Shown: positions 35,801 to 63,423 of the stretch, piece after piece
Layout of the letters: each line of letters opens with the position of its first letter
How positions within the stretch are numbered: position 1 is the first letter of the stretch
Assembly (NCBI RefSeq): GCF_048593235.1
Contig: NC_133621.1
Location: forward strand, 90,635,725 to 90,699,147
DNA: 63,423 nucleotides
DNA from: Sminthopsis crassicaudata
Lineage: Eukaryota
Direction: 5' to 3'
The notes under the pieces: generated by a model
Told to the model about the DNA's origin: nothing
Databases searched by the model: none
The model's input: only the letters and a program-made list of their open reading frames with translations
Position numbers and translations under genes: made by a program

Positions 35801-38198
35801 CTTGGAGTTCATTGATTTTTTTCGGCACTTCACTGTGGATGTGGCTGGGGTTGGGGATGTTTGTTCCTTTGCTCTCATGGATGTGAGACGCCACGGCCAT
35901 CCCCAGGTTAGATTCCCCTCTCCCACCCTTCTTCTTGATTCTTCCTTTCTGTTACTTAGGAGACCTTAGGGGGCCAAGGTAGTATCTAAGAACGGGGAGC
36001 AAAATACAGGCAATAATGTTACTGTCAGGTATTTCAGGATAGAAGCAGAGTCACTTCCAAGGTGGGAGAGTGTGCTGGGCAGAAACAAATTCCATATTTA
36101 GAAGCATGGTGATGTAGTGGACCTAATTAAGGCAATAGTCCAGGACTATATCCTGGACTCTAATTGTCTAACTTGGAGCAGGTTACTTAATCTCTTCTAG
36201 AACCAATATCTTGATTTGTATAATAATAGTAATGATTATGATAATCGCAACCCACTTGGAGGTAGGTGCTATTATTATACCCATTTTACAGTTGAGAAAA
36301 CTGAGACACACAAGTGATTTGAATTCTAGTTTTATTCCATGTCTGGTGTCTTATCCACTGTGTATGTAGCTGTATAGTATAGTCTTTGTCCAGCCTACTT
36401 CACAGATTCTCATGAAGATCAAGTGATGATTATGAAAGTTCTTTGAAAAGCATCCAGTAGATTGCTAAGTGCAATATAGTGGGTAGAGAGCTGGCTTCCA
36501 TTTGGAATATCTGCTCCTATTGCTTTTGACATATGCATGACCTGGGTGAGTGCCCCAGACCCCTACCTGAATTGTGGAGCCCAGGAAAGTCTAAGTCTGC
36601 CAAAGAACAGCATTAACGTAATGGCTTGTGATTTTCCCAGTGGCTCTCGGCAGGACAGACAGAGGCCTCGGTGTCCCAGCGTGCAGAAGGTGGGAAGACA
36701 GAGCTCTCCTTGATGCGTTTCTCACTGGCCCACCCTCGCTGGCGCCCACCTGGGCACAGCTCGAGATTCTTGGAGCAGCTTCGGGGCCGGGTACAACAGG
36801 ATGCTGCTCTCTGGGCTACTACTCCAGCTCGGTCTCCCCCCACACCTGGTCATGGTCCCAGCTTTCTAAGTGACTCCACGTCTTCAGTGAGTCCCTCCCA
36901 CACCCAGAATCTTCCTCACTCTCTTGACCTCCACAGCCAGTGACTGTCTCCAACCCTGCTGGTTCCCTCCTTGCCCCTTGTACCCCGGAGCCTATTAGTC
37001 TGCCTCTCATGGGGAAGTTCACTGACTTTATGGCCCTGACCTCTCCCAAGCACTCTCCACTTTCCTCTTGCCTGCAGCCCGAGGCGCTCCTGGCTAGCCT
37101 GATGCTGCATCCCCTTCTGCCACCCCGGGATCTGAGTCCAGTTGCTCCCTGCCCAGCTGCTGCCACTGCCAGCCTCTTAGCCTCTCTCTCAGGTTCCACG
37201 TCGCAGGCTGGCCACGACCCAAGGTGGAGATGGGTGCAAAGTATGGGGCGCATTGGGGGAATCATGAGAGGGCACAGAGATACCTAGGGGAAATCCTGAT
37301 CTTTGGGGAAGACAGGGGAGGAGGCAAGTGATTGAGGGTCTGTTCCGTGGGAAAGATGTGACCCTGAAATAGTCACTATGGGGAGGTCAAAGCCCACTGG
37401 GCTAGGGATGCTGTTTGGAGGTGGCAGAGCTACTTCTGACCCACTGGGCTGCTGGTTGTAGTTGCGTCTCTCCAGGGGGTGCTGGGGTCCGGAACCCCGC
37501 CCTGCTTTCTGAGCTTGCCTCTGCTGAGATGAGTCTTCATGCCATCTACTTGCATCAGGTGAGCTGGCCAAGGGAGCAGGGCGTGTGGATGTGGGGGTGG
37601 CTAACATTAATGAAGGAGGTGGGGAATCACAACTGCCCTTCTATCCTGAAGAGTCGAGCTTCTGGCTTGAAGGGTGGGGGTAAGGAAAGAGACCACTGGT
37701 GGTGGTGCTCACAGCTTCCCCCCGTCACTCAGCTCCACGAGCAGCAGCAGCAAGAGCAGTGGGGGGAGACTTCAGGCATGCCACTCCCAAGGCTCTGGCC
37801 CAGCCCCCAGAGGCCACTCAGCCCTGAAGATGAGACCCTGACCTGGCACAGTGATGGTAAGAGCCCAGCCATTGGGATGGGAGGGGAAAGGAGGAAGCAT
37901 CATGAGTCAGTGGAATGAGTTCCAGGCTCTGGATTCTAATCCTGTCCGTTGCTTATTACATCACTTCTGTGGGTTTGTTTCCCTGTCTGTGCAATGTAGA
38001 CTAGATTGATTCTGAGGTCCCTTCTGAATTCTGTAGGACTGATGGCTTCTCTTCCCAGGTACCAGCCCTGCCTCTAGCTCCAGCTCCAGCCCCAGACAAC
38101 AATGGGGGCCCAAGGGTGCTACTAATCTACCCCTTGGGGGGTGGCAAGAGGAGAGCAGTGTTCAGAAGGAGCCAGAGCTCAACCCCAGCAGTGGCTGA
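29873..38198 (+). CDS. ATG9B: Autophagy-related protein 9B (lipid scramblase), 13 coding exons, 942 aa
   Basis: Exons: 29873-30419, 30767-30810, 31051-31115, 31380-31568, 31975-32116, 34029-34783, 35304-35457, 35727-35906, 36641-36886, 37078-37223, 37462-37558, 37733-37856, 38059-38198. Sum 2829 nt. Starts MVRRMGWGG; contains PEQDYERLEDCDP, SWHHIQNLDSFFTK, ILRYPNY, FNELPHEL, YDEDVLAVEHVLT, EMSLHAIYLHQ. Intron 2 is AT-AC, the others GT-AG. Tail-to-tail with NOS3. Confidence 0.95.
30811..31050 (+). other. ATG9B: U12-type (minor spliceosome) AT-AC intron, ATG9B intron 2
   Basis: 5' site AAG|ATATCTTA; branch TTCCTTGAT at 31031-31039 with the A 12 nt from the end; 3' site GTAC|CTC. This junction joins FFTK to LYNYHQRNGF in frame; the nearby GT/AG alternatives do not. 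Confidence 0.88.
36230..36365 (-). mobile_element. MIR-like CORE-SINE fragment (ATG9B intron 8)
   Basis: attattatacccattttacagttgagaaaactgag. Confidence 0.65.
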
Positions 38199-38214
38199 GA
38201 AGTCAGCCAATGTG

Positions 38215-38397
38215 GTCAGTATTGTCTGGGGTGGGGAAGATGAGAGGAATGAGTATTAATGGAAATGGGGTGGGGTGGTAGGGATTAAGAGGACCAGGGT
38301 AGGCAGACTAAATGGTATGTGTGGGGAGGACTAGGGATGTTTTCTCTGGATTTGGGGAGACTGGACGCCTGCCACATACCATCCTTTCCTTTCCCAG
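38215..38397 (+). other. ATG9B: Probable 3'-UTR intron of ATG9B
   Basis: Donor GTG|GTCAGT 16 nt after the stop; acceptor atcctttcctttcccag|ATT. Human ATG9B also has non-coding 3' exon(s). Not testable without transcripts. Confidence 0.5.
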
Positions 38398-38968
38398 ATT
38401 CTCCATCCCAGTTGGCTGATCGAGGTTGGGGGGACAATTAGCCTTCATCTGCTGGCTCTTATGCAAGTCATCATGATTCAGACCAGGGATTGAGCCTTGG
38501 TGGAAGCTGGCAGGCCCTTGGGGGTGGTGGGAAGTCTTGAGCTAGCCCCAGAGAACCGAAGTGAGGATGTGTGGGGGTGGGCCCATGGGGGAAAACTGGG
38601 GGCATCCCTTTATACAAGATGAAAGGAGGGGGAGCAGATACCTCATCAGCACTAGGCAATGACACCCTAACGCAGCAGTGAGACAGGGGAAGCCCCATTT
38701 TCATTACCCTCAGTCTCTCTTTGAAGGGGGAATCACAGAGCAGGACATTCATGATGGAGAGCGCGACTGGAATGAAATCAGCTGGCAGTAGTCAGATACT
38801 AGCCATAAGGGAAGGGATATCACGCTAAGGAACCACCTTTTCTTTCGGTTCCCTCCGAGCTGGATGGCACTCAGTCTGGGGGGTAGGTGGGAAGGGAAGA
38901 ACTGGTTTTGGGCAGACCCCCACTCTGGGAAGTCTGTGAAAGGGGGAGGGGCAGGGGGCTGCCCCTGG

Positions 38969-38974
38969 AATAAA
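38969..38974 (+). terminator. ATG9B: Likely proximal ATG9B polyadenylation signal (AATAAA)
   Basis: First canonical hexamer I found on the plus strand after the ATG9B stop. Confidence 0.55.
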
Positions 38975-39523
38975 GCACCAACGAGCGCTGTTACCTGTCC
39001 GAGACTCTGTGTCCCCGTCCCCTGCTCGGAAAGAAAGCCCAAGGAGCCTAGCAGCAGTGCCCACATTGGCCAGAAGCCTTGTTGTAGGGAAGGCTGGGCC
39101 AGGGTGCTGAGCACCGGCGGCCCCGGGGCTTTTACGGGGCTCTGAACGCTTCCCGTCTCTCTCCTAGGTATTTCATGGGAGACAGACTGCGTTCTAGAGC
39201 AGGGGCTGGAGAATGGGAGGGCAAGGCTGTGGTCTCCAGGTGTAGATGACGATATGCCGGAAGGGGACATATTATGGCCCATTTAGGACAGCCCCCTGGT
39301 GGTGGAGAACGAGCACCCCAGGTTCAGTGGCAGGCCCAGAGCTGGGACTTGGGGCGGGGAGTCTGCTCGTGGAAAGGAGGGGAGGCGGACGCGCCTCCCA
39401 AACAGAGTCGGCGTTTCCAGGTCAGGCTCCCCATGAACCCGGGGCTCGGGAGTAAAGCCGAGGCGGAGCTATCAAAACTAGAGACTTTAATGGGAGCGAG
39501 CGGCCGCAGTAGGCTCCGGGGCC

Positions 39524-59470
<19,947 letters not shown>

Positions 59471-59763
59471 GTTGGCTGTTCGGAGACTAGGCAGCTCTGA
59501 GCTAAGGACAGGCCTTTTCCTTAGGAAACAGAGAAGGGAGGGGGCCGGCGGGGAGGGGACTGGCCTGGGGGGAACCGGGGGTTGGCAGCTAGGCCCTGGG
59601 CCCCACCCCCGCCCCCACACACAATGGGACAGGAACAGCTCAGCTGGGAGGCAGTAAAGGCCACAGGCCCCACACCCTCCGAGAGGGGTGGGGGACCCGG
59701 ACACCGAGGTTCCGTTTGGAGCCTGTTAGCCTTGCTGGCTGATAAGTGGGAACCCAGGTGTCC
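59471..59763 (-). promoter_or_regulatory. NOS3: NOS3 proximal TATA-less promoter
   Basis: TTCCTAAGGAAAAGGCC (59511-59527), GC box GGCGGGGAGGGG (~59546-59557), and GATA block CCCACTTATCAGCC within 59737-59763. These match my recollection of the human eNOS promoter. Confidence 0.75.
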
Positions 59764-60755
59764 TGACCTTGGGAACTGGAACAAGCATAGGGATAGGGTG
59801 CTGGGGCGGGGGAGAGGGTGCCCAGCAGAATGGTGGATCAGAGTTAGGATCCAGGTCCTTAAAGATAAATGCAGTTCCGCAATAGGAATCAGATAATCAG
59901 GTTCCTGGCTTTGAACTTGGAAATCAAGCCATGACATAAGCTTAGGAACATAGGATTGAAAAATTCAGGAGGAAACTTGAAGATAATCTTATCCCACACT
60001 CTCATTTATGGATGATAAAAAATGAGACGCAGAATGCTTGAGCAATATGGCCAACTGGACTCCAGAGCTATGGGCTTGGTTCACCCCTTTGACGTACCTC
60101 TTTTTTTCCAGCTCTGATTAAACAGAGGATCAAATATGTTAGTCTAAGCTTAAGAGTTAGTAGCAAGTAAAAACAGTATGAAGCTGATGGAAGGGACTTG
60201 AGATCTGGGATCATCTTGACTGTTGCTCAAATTTATTATTTAGGGGCTTCAGGAGCAATATGGAAGCTCAATCTGGGGCCCTAGAATCATTCAAAGGTGC
60301 TGCCCCTTGACTTAGGTTCAGGGAAACCCCACCTTCCCTTCCCAGACCCAATTTCCTGGCACTCCCCCCTTCCCACCTCCTATGAATCAAGGTGGGGACA
60401 CAAAGAAGCAGGAAGCTTCCTTAGCCCCACCACCCCATCAGCCTCTGGTGCATGTGGTCTCAAGGGAGCAGAAAGTCCGCAGATAGGGACGATAGTAGAA
60501 TGAGATGGAAATTGTCCATCTGGGAAGACCTAAAATCCCTTTGATAGCATGGGCACAGGATGATGTGGCTAGACTACAATCCCCAGAATACCTAGTTGTC
60601 CATTTAAGTTATCTTGATGCTTCCCAGGTGACATAGCATGTAAGGACTCGTAGTTCTGGAGGAATCTTAGTCCTTGAGCAAGGAAGCTTCAGGGGACAGA
60701 GTCTACCTTTTTCTCTGAACATTTGGCTTCAGAGATAGAGAGATGGATGACAGAA

Positions 60756-61062
60756 NNNNNNNNNNNNNNNNNNNNNNNNNNNNNNNNNNNNNNNNNNNNN
60801 NNNNNNNNNNNNNNNNNNNNNNNNNNNNNNNNNNNNNNNNNNNNNNNNNNNNNNNNNNNNNNNNNNNNNNNNNNNNNNNNNNNNNNNNNNNNNNNNNNNN
60901 NNNNNNNNNNNNNNNNNNNNNNNNNNNNNNNNNNNNNNNNNNNNNNNNNNNNNNNNNNNNNNNNNNNNNNNNNNNNNNNNNNNNNNNNNNNNNNNNNNNN
61001 NNNNNNNNNNNNNNNNNNNNNNNNNNNNNNNNNNNNNNNNNNNNNNNNNNNNNNNNNNNNNN
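60756..61062. other. Assembly gap (N run)
   Basis: 307 N upstream of NOS3. Confidence 1.
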
Positions 61063-61199
61063 TTTTAGTCTGGGATGGGAAAGACAAGCAGAGGGGGGAA
61101 CTGAAACATCTTTATTGGATACATTGTTGAAAATTAGTGGAGGTCAATGTAAAGAAAGAATGATAGGGTAAACTTGGTGAATTTAAGAGGACATTAACT

Positions 61200-61570
61200 T
61201 TCAAAATTCTTATTTGTTTTTTATTCTGAACATAATAAACACCAAATAAAATGAGCATTCCCATATACAAGGTAAAATAAAAATATTTGTAAATGAAACT
61301 ATATTTTTCATATTGAATATAGTTTGTTCTTCCTTTTAAATATATAATGAATTAGACATAACTTTCTTTATAAAATTTTAATTTATTTTGTTCAATTAAC
61401 AAAAATCTATTTTTTTTCTCCTTTTCACCTCCCTTTTCCTCTCTCCTTAAAAAAAAGAAAAAAAAATGCAATCCTTGTAACAATTATGTATTGTCTAACA
61501 ACACGAATTTTCATTTGGTCAGGTCCAAAAATGTGTCTCCTTCTGCACCCTGAGTGCATCACCTCTCTGT
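61200..61570 (-). mobile_element. Old L1-type 3' end fragment(s) upstream of NOS3
   Basis: AT-rich ttctgaacataataaac...tccaaaaatgtgtctccttctgcac pattern; approximate. Confidence 0.45.
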
Positions 61571-61827
61571 CACGAGGTGGCTAGCGTTCTACAAATATTT
61601 CCTCTTTCTTTGACCTCTTGTGAGCATAGGCCTAGCAGGCGCATTTCTGGGTCAAAGGGAATACAAAGTTGAGTAATGTTTGGGGAACAGTTCCAAAACT
61701 CTTTCCAGGAGAACTTGAACAATTTAAACTTGTAGCTTTCAAAGCTGTCCTGCTTGTCTATATTTCCTTTGGACTTTTAAAAAAATTCTCTTTTGTACAT
61801 TAAAAAAAGTTTTAGTGACTAAAACTA

Positions 61828-62207
61828 NNNNNNNNNNNNNNNNNNNNNNNNNNNNNNNNNNNNNNNNNNNNNNNNNNNNNNNNNNNNNNNNNNNNNNNNN
61901 NNNNNNNNNNNNNNNNNNNNNNNNNNNNNNNNNNNNNNNNNNNNNNNNNNNNNNNNNNNNNNNNNNNNNNNNNNNNNNNNNNNNNNNNNNNNNNNNNNNN
62001 NNNNNNNNNNNNNNNNNNNNNNNNNNNNNNNNNNNNNNNNNNNNNNNNNNNNNNNNNNNNNNNNNNNNNNNNNNNNNNNNNNNNNNNNNNNNNNNNNNNN
62101 NNNNNNNNNNNNNNNNNNNNNNNNNNNNNNNNNNNNNNNNNNNNNNNNNNNNNNNNNNNNNNNNNNNNNNNNNNNNNNNNNNNNNNNNNNNNNNNNNNNN
62201 NNNNNNN
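61828..62207. other. Assembly gap (N run)
   Basis: 380 N upstream of NOS3. Confidence 1.
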
Positions 62208-62379
62208 CTCAACTTGAAGGGCAACGGTTGATCTGGAGCATTAAAACTGGAGGGAACAGTAATAAGTTGGACAGTTCCGATTGATGTTAAGAAGATGGAG
62301 GGAAATGTGTTTGGAGAGCAATTCAGAATAATATAGGACCCTAAGATTTAGAGGGCACTGAATTCCTTTCATACTAATT

Positions 62380-62620
62380 AAACATGTAGCCAAGTGGCAG
62401 AGTGGATAGAATATTGTACCTGAAGTTAGGAAGATCGGATTTTGTATTCTGTCTCAAAGTCTTAGTAGTTGGGTGATCCTGGGCAGTCACTTAACTTCTA
62501 TGGGAATAATTACCACCCTACTAGGATTATTTTGAGGATCAAATGAGATAATATATGGAAAGGGCTTTGAAAACTTTGAAGTATGATATACATGTTATTT
62601 TTATTATTCATATTTTATAG
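62380..62620 (+). mobile_element. MIR/Mar-type CORE-SINE
   Basis: gtggcagagtggatag...ctgggcagtcacttaac...ttgaggatcaaatgagataat. Confidence 0.7.
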
Positions 62621-62882
62621 GTGAGAAAAATGAGATCCCAGGACATTTTGTGACATATCTAAAAAGGGCAGAGCCAAGACTTCTGACCAGAAATTCTACC
62701 ACACCATGCTATCTCTAAGAAAGGAAAGGAAGAATGATGCAATTAAGATTGGAAATGAGCTAGGAATGGGGCCTAGCCAATGCCAGACTAAGTAGGTGGG
62801 GAAAACATGTAGGAGTATGATAAAAATAAATGGATTAGGATTAAAAGCTCAAAGTTCAGCCTGGATATTGAAAGGTAGAGGA

Positions 62883-63022
62883 GGGGAAGCTAGATGGGCA
62901 TAGAGCATGGGTTCTGGAGGCAGGAGGACCTGAGCTCAAATCTGAAATGAGACACTAGCTTCATAGTGTCTGGGTAAGAAACTAAAGCCTAATTACCCCC
63001 AAAAAAAGAAAAAAGAAAAAAG
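62883..63022 (+). mobile_element. WSINE-like SINE with A-rich tail
   Basis: ggggaagctagatgg...caggaggacctgagctcaaatctg...aaaaaaagaaaaaag. Confidence 0.75.
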
Positions 63023-63423
63023 TAAAGGATAGAAAGGAATTTTGATCTCACTTTTTCAATGGTCAGAGATCATTATCAATTCATCTATTCATCTTTCAAG
63101 TGTGACCAGATTGCTCTTGATCTGTTCCCTTAAAAAAGCCCCTATTTTCAGGAGGGACCCAGGACATAGATGTAGAATTAATAACATATACAAAGAACCT
63201 CTTCACTAGTCAGACCAGGTTTACAGTCCTGGTGTAAATCATTATACTTGTTTACACAATTGTAATAGGGATGTTGCCTTCATTTTTGAATATCGCTCTC
63301 CCTCCCCCACCCCCCAAGCCATCTCTTTTGAGAAAGAATGAAAAAGAAAGAAAAAAGCATTTTGGCAAAACCAGACAAAGCATAGGATTATAGGTCCAGA
63401 GCTGGAAGGGTATTCATTCTCTT

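Overview
Mammalian genomic DNA from a marsupial. The SINE and L1 families point to an Australian, probably dasyurid, species (inference). The window is the ASIC3-ABCB8-ATG9B-NOS3 syntenic block, inverted relative to the human reference. I reconstructed exon-intron structures by hand: ASIC3 exons 1-3 (minus, continues off the left edge), complete ABCB8 (16 exons, 701 aa, minus), complete ATG9B (13 coding exons, 942 aa, plus) and complete NOS3/eNOS (26 coding exons, 1193 aa, minus). All frames close without internal stops. The rest is introns, marsupial CORE-SINEs/MIRs, L1/L2 fragments, tandem repeats and four N gaps. There are no prokaryotic features, CRISPR arrays or bona fide tRNA/rRNA genes, and I do not see a wholly new gene system. 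The most interesting observations are: (1) a ~36 x 24-bp minisatellite in NOS3 intron 23 that is an amplified copy of the exon-23 splice donor, with ~19 decoy donors; the first decoy would open an alternative 243-aa C-terminal frame ending in the last exon. (2) An older, decayed amplification of the exon-6 donor region in NOS3 intron 6. (3) An AT-AC U12-type intron in ATG9B and a probable GT-type U12 intron in ASIC3. (4) A hidden Y-box (YBX3-like) cold-shock-domain retrocopy fragment absent from the ORF track. (5) Plus-strand splice and poly(A) signals compatible with a marsupial counterpart of the ATG9B/NOS3 natural antisense (sONE). Comparisons with human or mouse sequences are from memory and need verifying.
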